Source: Mobula hypostoma (taxonomy: Eukaryota). Taken from it: 64,000 nt of DNA. Under the pieces are notes generated by a model. The model did not search any database and was not told the origin of the DNA. It worked only from the letters and a program-made list of their open reading frames with translations. The position numbers were made by a program, and so were the translations under genes. Numbering within the stretch: position 1 is the stretch's first letter; each line of letters opens with the position of its first letter. This document shows, one piece after another, positions 12,440 through 25,823 of the stretch. Location of the stretch: positions 43,340,001-43,404,000 of the forward strand of contig NC_086108.1 of assembly GCF_963921235.1 (NCBI RefSeq), read 5' to 3'.

Positions 12440-14480
12440 ATGAACTATTGAAGTCTGGGACTGTAGTATTCAAATCAGGTGATCCTGACCTTTACAAGAA
12501 ATAAAGATGCGACCTCCATAACGGGATGCCAAGAGACTATACCAGTCCAAAGTCGAGTCGCAGACCAACTGTCAGTTGTGAAAGGGCTTGCATGCTATAA
12601 CAGGCTGCAAAACGTGACGGGGGTATTGCCAACAGTAGTGCATCCTTTGCAGATGAGCTTAATCCATTAAATGGATATTTTGAATAGAAGGAATGTGATA
12701 AATACTTTCTCTTCCCTCCCCCCCCCCATAACCTGCAGTACATATGAACTCAAAGTTACCATTCCAGACATATGATCAGTCTTACACAGAGTGAACCCCC
12801 AGAAAGCACCTGGCCCGAATGGTGACCCTGCCTGTGTCCATTGATCCTGCACTGATCAACTGGTGAGGGTATCTGTAGACATTTTTTACCTCTTCCTGCT
12901 TCAATCTGAGGTTCCCACCTGATTTAAGAAGACCATTATCATCCCTGTACCTAAGAAAAACAAAATAATATACCTTATTGACTACTGCCTGGTGGGTCTG
13001 CTATACACCATAATGAAGTGGTCATGGCATGCATCAACTCAACCCCCCCCCACCCCAGACAACCATGACCCACTGCAATTTTCCCACCACCAAAACAGGT
13101 CTATAGCATATGCCACCCCCTGGTCTTAAACTCTTCTCTGGAGCATCTGGGTGTGAAAGACACCCACAGAAGACTGTTGTCTATTGTCTACAGCTCTCCT
13201 TTCATTTCCAAACAAGCCCACCTCCAGGCTCCTAAACCAGGGACTCAGCACCTCCCTTTGCAACTGGATTCTTATTTTCCTGAACAACAGACTACAATCA
13301 AGATAGGCAGCAACCCCTTTGCCACGCAACACAATGCTGCAGGAACTCAGCAGGTCAGGTAGCATCTAGGAAAAGAGTACAGTTGATGTTTCAGGATGAA
13401 ATCCTTCGGTGGGACTGGAGGGAAAAAAAGCACTTTTCCTAGATGCTGCCTGGCTTGCCGAGTTCCTCCAGCATTGTGTGTGTGTTGCTTGGATTTTCAG
13501 CAACAGCAAATTTTCTTTTGTTTGTGAACACCTTTGCCACCATTATTTCTCAACTCTAGTTCCTCAGCACCATAACTCTACTCCTTATACACTCACAACT
13601 GTATGGCCAGATTCTGTTTAACTCCATTCATAATTTTGCAGATGACACAACCACAGTGATCATATCTCAAATGATACTGAGCCAGAGTACAGGAAGAGAG
13701 CCTGGTGACATGGTGCTATGAAAGCCCCCGTTCCCTCAGTGACAGCAAAACAAGAGATCGGCATTGACTTCTGGTCCATGTGCTCCTATTTCCTGGATAA
13801 TGTTGCTAAAGTTGAGTGAGTTGAGAACTTCAAGTTCCTAGGAATGAACATCACCAATAGCGTGTCCTGGTGTGACCAAAAAAAAGCTCACCAGCACTCC
13901 ACTTCCTCAGGAGGCTAAAGAAATTTGACATGTCCCCTTACCTTAGACTATATCAATGCACAATAAAAAGAATCCTATCCAGGTGCATCATGGCATGGTA
14001 TAGCAACTCCTGTGTCCATAGCCTCAAGAATCTGCAGAGTGTTGTGGACAGAGCTCAGCACATCATGGAAACCTGCCCCCACCCTACCCCACCGTCCTTC
14101 CATGGGCTCTGTCTATGTTTGTAGTTGCCTTGGTAAAGCAGACAGCATAATCAAAGATCCAGCCCACTATGGGCATTTTCCCTTCACCACACCACCCACT
14201 TGATACAGAAGTCTGGAAGTACATACCAACGGGTTCAAGGACATCTTCAATCCTGCTGTTTTAAGACTATTGAACACTCCCTAGCATGATAAGACGGAAT
14301 CTTGACCTCGCAATCTACCTTGTTATGACGTTGCACCGCACTTTGTCTGTAACTAGTGTAATCTGCACTCATTGTTTTACCTTACACTATCTCAATGCAC
14401 TGTTATAATGAATTGGTCTGTATGAACGGCATGCAAGATGTTTTTACTGTACCGAGGTACGTATGACAATAAACAGTTAC
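12440..14480 (+). mobile_element. Rex1/Babar-type LINE, degenerate 3' portion
   Basis: VNPQKAPGP...LQSEVPT..KKTIIIPVPKK, FADDTT and LRRLKKF remnants; AATAAA tail near 14470; interrupted by a Penelope-like insert. Confidence 0.75.
13326..13526. mobile_element. Penelope-like inverted (fold-back) insertion
   Basis: Two oppositely oriented pLTR pieces; 14-bp TSD with one mismatch, AAC(C/A)CCTTTGCCAC at 13312-13325 and 13527-13540. Confidence 0.7.
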
Positions 14481-15524
14481 CAATTTATTGGCAAAGTTTA
14501 ATGTCCCGAGTTTGTTGCAGCATCTTTTCAACAACTTCATTGGTATTACTTTATAGATTTTAAACTTGCGTGTCTGCATGTAGCGGACCCTTGTATATAC
14601 ATAGATAAACCCGTATTTGGTCTGCTGTGTGTATCTAGCACTAATGTAGGAACACTTATTGATGATCCTGCTAATTTATAATTGTCAGAAAATGCCCCTT
14701 CTGGTTGATTGGACGGAACATGAGATGAGACTGATGTTCAAACAGTTACAATTCGTAGTGACTTAGATGTCACTGAATGGGTGCCGCAGTTTCTCTTTTT
14801 TTGTTGCGGCTCAGCTTTTCTAACAGTATTTAACAGCTTTCTGCACATGATTAAATCCCAAGTATTTCTCAACCATATTATTAAAATTTTGAAATATGAT
14901 CGGCGCCAAATATGATTAAATAACCAAAGCAAAGTTCTGGTGGAATGCTATTGTGTCGCGGGGTAATCAGATCCGAAGTGCTGGATTCAGCAGTCCCCGG
15001 GTGCGGGGTCAGTGACTACTTGTTAGTTTCAAGGTACGTGGTTATAAGTTAGGAGACGTCACAAAGCCCTAGCTGGTGCTGAAACTCATCCCAATTACTA
15101 GCTGCCAAGAACCCAAACCTGTGCCCTCACTTACCGAAATCCAATGCAGCATGTTCACTTGATTTCATCCATACCAAAGCCCTACAGCCTGCGAAGGCAA
15201 GCCAGGCCCTTCTAATTGGAATTAACGTCCAGACATGTGGAGCCCCGACCAGTGCATTCGACCCACAGCGGATCGTGTTTATTTTGTTGATTTTGGGGGT
15301 AAGATTATTAAAACTCAGAAAATACTAATTGTCAGCTCTCATAGATGAATAGTGGAAATTTGAAATATCTTCATTGGAGCCGTGCATATCTTTGCAAGCA
15401 ATTTTTTAGTCATAATATTTTTATTTGTATCTACTGTTGGCTGAGTTAAAGTCGACTGTGCCAATGCCATATTTACTAGGGATTAAAATGCATAGATTTT
15501 AAAATCAGCACATGCAAGTAGATG

Positions 15525-15705
15525 TTTAACGTAGCACTATTAACAGCGCCAGCAATCCGGTTTCCATTCTGATGTTATCTCTGTAGAGTTTGTGTTTTCT
15601 CGACGTGACTATTCGAGTTTCCTCCGGCTGCTTCGGTTTCCTCCCACGTTCTAAAGATGTGAGTGTTAGTAGATTAATTGGTCACATGGGGATAACTGGG
15701 CTCGT
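15525..15705 (+). mobile_element. V-SINE (HE1-like) fragment
   Basis: V-domain GTTTCCTCCGGCTGCTTCGGTTTCCTCCCACGTTCTAAAGA. Confidence 0.65.
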
Positions 15706-15860
15706 TCTCAAACGATGAATGGATAATAAATTTCAGGACTGTTACAATAAATGAAGGCTGATTGTTTGAAGGTTAGGAGGCATCCAGCATTTCCCATATG
15801 ATAATATGTGCGTTTCTACCTGTATCTAAACGTTTATCCAACGTGTACAATAGTAGGCGT

Positions 15861-16368
15861 TAGAAACATAGAAAACCTACAGCACAATACAGGCCCTTCG
15901 GCCCACGATGCTGTGCCGAACATGTACTTACTTTAGAAATTACCGAGGGTTACCCATAACCCTCTATTTTTCTAAGCTCCATGTATATATCCAAGAGTCT
16001 CTTAAACTACCCGATCGTTTCCGCCTCCTCCACCGTCACCGGCAGCCCATTCCACGCACTCACCACTCTCTGCGCATAAAACTTACCCCTGACATCTCCT
16101 CTGTACCTGCTTCCAAGCACCTTAAAACTGTGCCCTCTCGTGTTAGCCATTTCAGCTCTGGGGAAAAGCGTCTGTCTATCCACACAATCAATGCCTCTCT
16201 TCATCTTATACACCTCTATCAGATCACCTCTCATCCTCCGTCGCTCCAAAGAGAAAAGGCTAAATTCACTCAACCTATTCTCATAAGGCATGCTCCCCAA
16301 TCCAGGCAACATCCTTGTAAATCTCCTCTGCACCCTTTCTATAGTTTCCACATCCTTCCTGTAGTGAG
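15861..16368 (-). mobile_element. CR1 LINE 3' end
   Basis: ORF 16007..16351 [14 protein letters not shown]...SLERRRMRGDLIEVYK; tandem tail tagaaacatagaaa. Confidence 0.88.
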
Positions 16369-18069
16369 CCGAATCTAGTAAAATCTTTATATTTTCTAAA
16401 CCGCTGTATGATTGTAACAGTATGAAAACAGCAAAATTGCGGGTGTGCTAACGACCAAACTGTGGTTCCTTACTGTCCGGTAAATCTGGACATCGACATT
16501 GTATGTACTGATTAATCTATCCCCCCAAATTTGGAAAGAGGAAAAAGAAGGAAGAGTATGATTTGAGAATAATGCCGAATGACGAAAGGAAGAACGTTAG
16601 TAACTTGCCACTGACGACACTACTCCTCTTGTTTCTATATTGGTACTATTGTCATGGTAGCATACAGAAAAAGCATTGTGTGACAAGCTAAATCCAGACC
16701 GGATCATATTTATACTGTTTCCTTCCAATTGTAATCATAATATAGGGACCACTGCGGAATGCTTAATGTTAACATCAATTGTTTAAACAATCACGAATAT
16801 GTTATTAACGGCGCTTAAGGAAGGCAAAGGGTTTATTTTGACAACCAGATTTGACACCCCCCCCCCCGGAATTGTAGTGATGAAGGTGTTTAGAGTGGGC
16901 GATGGAAATTATTGCTCGTAGCAGATCTCCCCGTATTTTTCGGTTTGAATCAGGCTACCCTTTATTGCCTCAAAATGGGCGCTCAAGTTTATTTGCCGAA
17001 TCACAGATTCGTTTTCATTATTAACAGTGTGCATATGGCTCAGAACTCACTACACAATTCTTCCATAGATTACAGCTTCAAGTGCCACTATGCATTGAAC
17101 ACAGACATTTCCTTTGATGCTCCAGTGTGGTGCTCTTCTATTGGTGGTTGAAAATTTAAACCAAGCTCCTGATTTATCTCTGAAATGAATATAGAGAATT
17201 CGAGGTACCATTTCCAGGAAGATCAATTAAAGTTTGTCCAATGGTATCTCTTAGCCAACATCAGTAAAAAGAGGCCTCACTGATCATGAACACATGTGGG
17301 AGCTTGCTTTTGCATTTTCTACCTGCAAAAGAAAGTGGCTTGGAATGTATTGAGGTTGTGAAATGTAGATCCTTATTTGTGTTCAATGGGATAGAAATGG
17401 TGATTATATGATCAAATAATATCATCCCTACAAGTATTTGAGAAATGCTGCACTTCTGTTGGTAAACTCCATTATCAATAGTTAGTCCAATATGTATGAC
17501 AATACATATAGTACAAGAAAAGAATGTAATATTGAAATGTGTTTCTATACTAATCTGAATTATGATTCACACATGTTGTCCAATCTAAGTAAGGTGCAAT
17601 TGATATCACTTGTGGGTAGATTAAGCCAACAGAAAGGATTTGATTTATTTTATAGGAGCAATATGATACACTGTTAACCTTTTTAACGTCCCTAATGGTT
17701 ACCATAATCTTTCAAAATAATACAGCTGCTGTACATTAAAGGGTAGTGAACAAAATAGATTTATTTGTTTTGTTTTCTGATCTGTTCAACATGAAACCTC
17801 AGTTTCTAGATTAGGTATGAAAGGCATAGCTAAAAAGGGCAATAGTACATTGGGAGCTTGTTTTTGATCCCCTTATTTTTGTTGATATGGTGGGAAGTAA
17901 TCACGTGATTTGATATACTGTCAGGCTGCCATTACCTATTTCCCATTATCTTCAAAAGCTAATTGACACCTTTCTAGTGAGAGTTCTGATTGTTCTTGAT
18001 TTACTTGGTTGTGCAGTAGCTGATTGTCTCTGCTAACAGACAATCAGAAATGAATTACTACTGACAAAT

Positions 18070-18893
18070 ACAAAGAAAATGGAACATGGAATACAGTTTG
18101 AGGAAATGCATGATCATGTACTTTGGTATAAGGAATAAAGGCATGGACTAATTTCTAAATGGGGAGTGAATTCAAAAATTGGAGGTGCAAAGGGACTTGG
18201 GTATTCTACTGCAGGATTCTCTAAAGGTTAGCTTGCAGGTTGAGTTGACAGTAAGGAAGGCAAAAGCAAGGTTAGCATTCATCTTGAGAAGACTAGAATA
18301 TAAAAACAAGTATGTAATGCTGAAGCTTTATCAGACATTGGTCAGACCACATTTGGAGTATTGTGAACAGTTTTGGGCCCGTTATCTAAGAAAAAAAGGA
18401 CTGGCATTGGAAAAGGTCCAGAGGAGGTTCACAAGAATGATCTGGGAAATGAGGGTTAACACATGAGGAGCATTTGATGGCTCTGGGCCTGTACTCACTG
18501 GATTTAGGAAGACGAATGGGGATCTCATTGAAAGCTATTGAATATTGAAAGACATAGTTAGAAGGGACGTGGAGAGGAGACTGAGCTAGAATCTAATAGT
18601 GGTCTTGGACCAGAGAGCACATCTCTGAATAGAAGGACATCATTTTAGAACAGGGATAAGGAAGAATTTCTTTAGCTAGAGGATGGTGAATTCATTGCTG
18701 CAGACAGTTATGGAGGTCAAGTTGTTGGGTATATTTAAAGTGGAGGTAGACAGGATTTTGGTTTGTCAGGGCATCATAGGTTACAGGGAGAAGACAGGAG
18801 AATGGATTGAGAGAGATAAAAAAATCAGCCACGATGGAACTGGTGAAGCAGTACTGATGGACTGAATGGCCCAATGTCACGGTCTTATGGTTT
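18070..18893 (+). mobile_element. CR1 LINE 3' portion
   Basis: ORF 18179..18466 EVQRDLG...[17 protein letters not shown]...VQRRFTRM. Confidence 0.85.
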
Positions 18894-20593
18894 AAAATAT
18901 TTACTGGAAATCTAAAACAAAATATTTAATTACCCTTTGCTAGCCAGGTGTCTATAAATAAGCCATTATCCAAAGAGTCTGAAGCACTTCACGGAGGGTG
19001 GAGGAGAGAGAAGGAGGTATGATTTGCTCATTTATGATTGAAATGGGGGAGTACTTATGTTCTCAAAGGGTTATGAATCTTAAACCAAAAAATAATTTCA
19101 GAGGCATTTCTTAAGAGAATTGCTATACCTTCTCTCCACTCCAACTCTTTCCTCCATTTCTCTTGCTTTTTAAAACTTATAATGGCAAAGTTAATTGGAA
19201 ATCAGTTCTAAACCCCTGCCATGTTTTTGCATTAACTGGTGAAACAATGCATTACTTTTGATTGGATTTGTCATCATAAACTGATATTACCATGAACATT
19301 AATCTCAATGTTTTAACTTCATAATTTAGCTTGAAGTGATATTCTGGACATCTTTTTATGCCTCACTTCTATATTAGCTTGTTTTTCCTCATATCTTGGA
19401 TCTCTAAAGCAAATGAGAAGAAAGTGGCATGAATGCCTTATACTATGTATTGGTAACTAGAAATAAGAATAGTATTTAAGTTGCTCATGGTCAATAATGG
19501 TAATATTTAGATCTTATTCTTGATATCCATCCCCTCTGATCTTACATGATCTTTTGTCCAGATCATTAGACATATCTCCAATTAAGCCAATTGCTTTCCT
19601 ATAAAACAGTTCCTCTTTCTTCCACTTCCCTCAACACCTCTACACCCCTCCCCCATGAGTTTTTTCAGAAAATCCAAAAATGTGTAAGATTTTAAACATG
19701 TCCCCAAAACAAAAGTTCTTATAACACAAATTTCTTACAATTCTGAGCAAGGCAGTTTAAGTTCACCCTCTGCAAACTTTCTGGTTTCCTTTTTGCCATG
19801 GATATAGTAAATGGCATATTTTATTGTCTTATATAGTGTCATACTTAGAATTACATATCTCTTGCAAATATCAATGAAATATTTTAAACCAATTTATTAG
19901 TAATTTCTTTATCTTTATGATGAACAACATTATTTTCAGCAGAGAACCCTTCAGGACATCAGTACTTTTAATTCTTATCTTTAGTTTTGTTTTATTTCAC
20001 AGCCATCTGCTTTCTGTTGTCTATCACCTATTCTTCTCTCTGGCCATCTGCCCTTATTATGAGCTTTTTATCTTGCACCTTTTATACCATATCTATTGTA
20101 TGCCTCTGTCAGTTCTTTCAATTATTTATACCAAGTATTTAACTTGGCTAATTAAAGATGAATACAAAAGCACAACACTGTAGATAATAGAAATCTGAAA
20201 TAGTGTTACTAATAACAGTTAAAGCAGCGTATGTAGAAAGAGAAAAATAGAAAAATGTTTTGAGTTGCTGACTTTCTATATATTATAGATATACACAATG
20301 TGACTCTATTATTTAAGGAATGAGGGTAAGAGTAAACAGAACTATTGTTCTGTTAGCCTGATATCATAGGAAGGTAAATGCTGTAATGCATAATGAATGA
20401 TTTAATAAAGAGCACCTTGAAAATAACAATAGTTTATGAGATGTCAGCTTAGATTTATAAAAGTAAAATCATGTTCAACAAATTTGCTGGGGTTCTTTGA
20501 GGATGTGACCAGTTAAATTGACAATCAGAAACTAATGGATTTGATGTACAGTATTTGGATTTTTGGAAGGCTTTTGACTCAATGCATAAAAGC

Positions 20594-21025
20594 ATACAGT
20601 ATATTCAAGAGGTTCTGTTGTATTTCATTCCAAACATCAGAATGGGGAAGAAATGTGATCTAAGTGAAATGGTTGTTGATTGCAGATGTAGTGGTTTGAG
20701 TATCTCAGAAACTCTTAAATCTCCTATGATTTTCACACACAAGTCTCTCGAGTTTACAGAGAATAGTGCAAAAACAAAAAAAAAATCCTTCAGTGAGTGG
20801 CAGTTCTGTGGGTGAAAATGCCTTGTCAATGAGAGAGGTCAGAGGAGAATGGCCAGATTGGTTCAGGCTGACAGAAGGCAACAGTAATTTAAGGAACCAC
20901 ATTTTATCACAGTGGTGTGCAGAAGAGTATCTTGGAATGCACAACTGGTCATACCTTAAAGTGGATGGGCTTCAGCAGTAGACCACTAACATACGCTCAG
21001 TGGCCACTTTATTAGGTTCTGGAGG
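20594..21025 (+). mobile_element. Tc1-like non-autonomous fragment
   Basis: MGKKCDLS...GLSISET paired-like N-terminal transposase remnant; cagtggccactttattagg terminal motif. Confidence 0.6.
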
Positions 21026-21387
21026 TAAATGATTTGGCTCAGGGATTCAAGGTTGATGATAACACTGAACTAAGTGGCATTGTGAATATGGAGGACAATT
21101 AAGACAGAATATAGGAAACTGGGTGAGTGGGCAAGAACATAGCATATGGAATATATTGTGGAAAAGCTTGAGATCTTTCTCAAGAATGCACAAAATAGAA
21201 AAGCAGTGTATGTATTAAGTGGTGAGAAATTGAGTAATGCCAATATTCATAGGGATCTAGGTGTGTTTCTCTACAAACTGCTGAAAACCAACACTTAGAT
21301 CTAGTAAGCAATTAAGAAGGCAAATAATATGTTAGTTATTATAAAAAGGGGATTTAATACAGCAATAATGAAGTCTTACTGTACCTA

Positions 21388-21672
21388 TGGGGTAGCACAA
21401 TGATTAGCTCAATACTTTACAGTATCAGCAACCCGGGTACAATTCCTGCCGTCGCCTATAAGGAGTTTGGTACATTTTCCCCATGACCATGTGGGTTTCC
21501 TTCCACAGTCCAAAGACGTACTGGTAGGAACGTTAATTTTGGTCATTGAAAATTGCCTTATGATTAGGCTAGGATTAAATCGCGGGGGGGGGGAGTGTTG
21601 CTGTGCGACACGACTTGAAGCGCCAGAGAGGACTATTCTGTGCTGTATCTCAATAAATAAAAATAAATAAAT
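21388..21672 (+). mobile_element. V-SINE (HE1-like) with CR1-type 3' tail
   Basis: tRNA-like head, V-domain (tgggtttccttccacagtccaaagacgt), CR1-like tail and (TAAA)n. Confidence 0.7.
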
Positions 21673-22769
21673 GTGATAGGGGAAAGACTGCAGCTAGAGA
21701 GAGTATTGTGTATGGTTTTTGTCTCCTTACCAAACAAGAGTGCGCCCATCCTGGAGGCAATGATGATTTGCCAGACTGTTTCCAGCAACAGTTGGTATGC
21801 ATTATGAGGAAAGGCCAAGTAGATTAGGCATGAGTTTAGAAGAACGAGAGGAGATCTCATTGACACTAAAAAACTTCTCTCAGAGCCGAACAGAATGATT
21901 GTTGGGAGGATGTTTTCCCTGATTGAGGAGTCTAGCATTAGAGGTCACACTTTCAGAAAAAGGAAACTGATAGACTTCTAGATATAAAGGGAATCAAAGG
22001 ATATGGGCATAGTGCAGAAAAGATTGAAGATCAGCCATGATCTTGATAAAAGGCAGAATGGGTTCAAGGGGCATGACGTGTTAAGGGAAGAAGGGAGAGA
22101 TAGAGAAAAAAGGAGAAATTTATGTGTCGTATGGATGGTCAAATAAATAAAATAATGAATGGTCAGTGGAGCAATACAAAGGTGATGGTGATGGGACAAA
22201 TAAACAAAGATTATTTTCAAGGAGGTGTTAATGAGAAATAAAGAATTATTACCAATATAGGCAGTCTTAAAAAAACGAAGCAACGATTATATGTGTTAGG
22301 ATTCTGGATGGAAGGGATTTCAAAATTTAAGAGCAGAAGTAGATCTTTTGTCAAGTTCATGGACAATCTTTTCTTGATGAACCCCTTCTTGCCTATCCCC
22401 CATAGTTCTTAATAAAAACAGAAAATGCTGGAAAATCTCAGCTTGACAGGCAAAGAGAGACATTTACTATTTTAGATCAAGGACTCTTCATCAGAATTGA
22501 GAATGAGAAAACAAATTCATCTATGCAACAAAGAAGGTGGGGATTGCAATGGATGGAACAAAGTGAATTTCTATTAATTAATGTAACCACTAGTTGGGCA
22601 GTGACTATGTTCTTTCTGCTGTGCCCAGATAATACTGTGAAGTCTGTGAAATGTTGTATAGTAACACTTGACTCCTTTACAAACCTGAGAAATAAAGGAA
22701 ACAAAAATTTTCACATCATAACTCAAACTTCTGAGTCCAAACTATTGAAGTGCAAATTAACATTTCCTA

Positions 22770-23160
22770 TTGAATAATAGGACTTCTTCTTTACCTTATC
22801 ACTGTAACCAGCCCACCCCTACCCTACCTTCTCTGCAGGAACAACACAAGTTTACTAACACTGCAAATTTTTGGAATTTGCATCTCAAATGTGATCCCAT
22901 TCACCTTGGGTGGACCAAATGCAGATTGGGTGATAGTTTTGTGGAACATCATTCAATCCACAATCTTGGACCAAAACTTTTGGTTGCCTGCTAATTTTAT
23001 GTTACATTTACATCGTCATTTAGTTCACATTACATTGACTCACAACTTATGATGTTTGTTTACTTGTCCCACTTATCTTTGTACCTATGGCCTCTGTACT
23101 GTTTCAATGAAACTCGACATACAAAGGGCTATCATCTTCCTTGGTGTTTTATTCCATTCT
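22770..23160 (+). mobile_element. Penelope-like GIY-YIG endonuclease remnant
   Basis: HLGWTKCRLGDSFVEH...LLVAC resembles the PLE motif YIGETKRRLGDRFAEH...LPVA. Confidence 0.6.
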
Positions 23161-23367
23161 GAACGGTCCACGAAACTTTAAACACTATCTCATTATTTGT
23201 CATTGAAACAATTTATTTTTTGTAACTTATAGTAACGTCTACCCGTAACCTTAATGTCTTGCACTGTTCCGCTGCCCCCCAAAAAAATCACGTCAAGTTG
23301 ATAATCTGATTATGGCATAAATTCAGTGGTAACTTGGACTATTTTAGAAAATAAAGATCTTGTTAAC

Positions 23368-23571
23368 GAACAAGAGAAAATCTGCAGATGCTGGAAATCC
23401 AAGCAGCACACACACACAATGCTGGAGGAACTCAGCAGGCCAGGCAGCATCTATGGAAAGGAATACAGTCGACATCCTGTCCTGCTGAAGGGTCTCAGCT
23501 CTAAACGTCAACTATATTTTTTTCCATAGATGCTGCCTGGCCTGCCGAATTCCTCCAGCATTTTGCATGCT
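23368..23571. mobile_element. Penelope-like inverted (fold-back) insertion
   Basis: Inverted pLTR pieces around a decayed hammerhead (ctgctgaagggtctc...taaacgtc); degenerate TSD gat.t.gttaac. Confidence 0.7.
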
Positions 23572-24483
23572 GATGTAGTTAACAAGCTCACTTTTCCCCA
23601 TTACCATTGATTTTAGCTATTCACCATCGACACCCTCATCAATCTCTCTTGCCCCTATTTGTTTTTCCTCCCCTTTTTTGCTTGATTAAAATTTGTTCTA
23701 TGATTAACTTCTTTTTCCGCTTCTACTATCGAAAACTTTAACCTTTCTTTTGAATGCACAGATGTTGCCCGACCTGTTAACTATTTTCAGCAATTTCCTT
23801 TTACTTTAAACACAGGCATCCTTTTGAAATTGTTCCTTTAAGCTTTTAAAATGACCTCAGTCAGCAGATGGTGTTATTTATGGGACCTCTCTGACAAGAC
23901 CCACTGGCTCAACAGCTGGTTCTAGATAATCACCGACACTTTTGGCCGCTGCCAGATCTGAGCCCATCAATTACCAGAACTTGTCTTGGTCCTCACACCA
24001 GCAAGGCCACTGGTTCCGGTTGAACATCCCGACCCGGCGCCTCCTACAGGCAAACCCAACTGACGCACTCCCGCCCTCTCTGTGTTTTCGAACTTTTCCC
24101 ACCCGTTGATTGGCCGAGCCATTGCTATGGTGACGCGAGGCAGCGGGCATGTGACTAAAGCTGTTGACTGCTCTCGGGCCGTGGTGGCAGAATGGCTTGA
24201 GCTGCTTGTCCGAGGGGGAGGGAAGGAAGTCAGGCAGGCAGGCGCCGCGCGGAGGGGGCGGACTCCAACGGGAGCGGGGAGACGACTTTGCTCGAGTTGG
24301 GAAGAAGTGGTGGGCCCGAGTTGGAGAGTCGCCGCCTGTGGATCTTTCTGGAGAAGAGTTGAAGTTTGGATTGCGCTGGACACGCGGCGTTCTCGCTCCC
24401 CGGACGCGCGCCTCGTCTTCTTGACACCCCGTGCACGCGCTCACAGCCCCTGTCCCCATTTACCGAGTTGCGCGCTCTTTAAA

Positions 24484-24529
24484 ATGGCCGAGGAGCAGGA
24501 ACTGATCAGCGCGTCCGAGTTCACCAAAG
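24484..24529 (+). CDS. CDC14A: Dual-specificity phosphatase CDC14A, coding exon 1 (MAEEQELISASEFTK)
   Basis: Kozak-like aaaATGG; similar to human MAAESGELIGACEFMK; gtgagt donor, phase 1. Confidence 0.92.
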
Positions 24530-24617
24530 GTGAGTGCGGCAGCGCTGGGGTTCGTGGCGGGGAGGAGGAGGAAGATGTGGGGGGATGGAGGGATACGCGG
24601 GATGTCCCTGCTGCTGA

Positions 24618-24761
<144 letters not shown>

Positions 24762-25066
24762 TAAGTTTCTGCTGACTGTAACTGTGGTCAGTTTCTTTTT
24801 AAAGTCTGCAATAAGCGGTAGTGAAGGCTTGGTGTGGTAACGATTCAGTTATGTGATCACGAGTGAAATCGGGATGCGGACTTTCAACATCTTTATTAAC
24901 GAGATGTTGTCTTTTAATTATTTAAGAATGACTGTGTTCCTGTTTATTTATATCTCCGGAGAACTGGGCAGATGATGGGCTTCTCCAATAGTAATACTTG
25001 TTTCTCTATAAATTGAATCGCCTTCGAACCTGTGTTCACCTGAGTGAATTGCTTGTTTCTGTTCAG

Positions 25067-25142
25067 TTTCTATGCAGATTTTGGTCCACTTAACTTGGCT
25101 CAACTGTATCGATATTGTTGCAAGCTTAATAAGAAATTGAAA
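25067..25142 (+). CDS. CDC14A: CDC14A exon 3 ([25 protein letters not shown])
   Basis: CDC14 DFGPLNL motif; ttcag acceptor, gtaagt donor. Confidence 0.96.
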
Positions 25143-25680
25143 GTAAGTAATATGATAAATAACTATACATTTAAAAGTGAAAATTATCTTTAATATGTAC
25201 ACTGTCAAAGGAGTTTGAAATAACAAGCCATAATACTTAAATTTATGTATTAATAATTCCAGAATATTGCACTGCTTTGGCTGTGTTTTATCAAAGAACC
25301 TTCAAAAACTTCATCCCAGTGAATAAGCTATCTCTATAACATTGTTGCTCTTATTATAATCTCTCTCTCCCATTCAGAGGCTAAAAAAGTGTAGGACTAA
25401 ACTGAAATGGTGCTAAAAGTGAACTTTGATAGTATAAAGCTGTAGTGAAATAGTAATTTTTCTTCAAAAAAAAACTTTGAAGGGATTAATATAATAGATC
25501 TGTTATGGAATGAAGATTTGCATTCTTTGCAGTTAAAGGAATTGTGTTGACTCTGTATGACTAAATTATCAAAAAGCTAGTCCTATATGTGGATTTGACG
25601 ATTAGGATGTTGAAATTTGGCAGACAATTAGCTGAAATATGGTGGTGTTTTTAGTAGTATGAGCACATTTTGGTTATGTT

Positions 25681-25823
25681 CCAAGAAAAAGTCCTGACGA
25701 AGGGTCTCGGCCTGAAACGTCGACTGTACCTCTTCCTAGAGATGCTGCCTGGCCTGCTGCGTTCACCAACAACTCTGATGTGTGTTACTTGAATTTCCAG
25801 CATCTGCAGAATTCCTGTTGTTT
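25681..25823 (+). mobile_element. Penelope-like pLTR fragment beginning just 5' of its hammerhead
   Basis: Same family as 12000-12270; flanked by an imperfect duplication tttg(g/t)ttatgtt. Confidence 0.75.
25690..25725 (+). ncRNA. Minimal type I hammerhead ribozyme
   Basis: AGTC-CTGACGA-AGG..CCT-GAAA-CG-TC-GACT; core identical to the 12137 copy. Confidence 0.75.

Larger units (their letters stand above)
20320..22075 (+). mobile_element. Old CR1 LINE interrupted by a Tc1 fragment and a SINE
   Basis: Decayed KSCSTNLLGFFEDVT, DFWKAFD and RTRGDLI segments, collinear on either side of the inserts. Confidence 0.6.
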
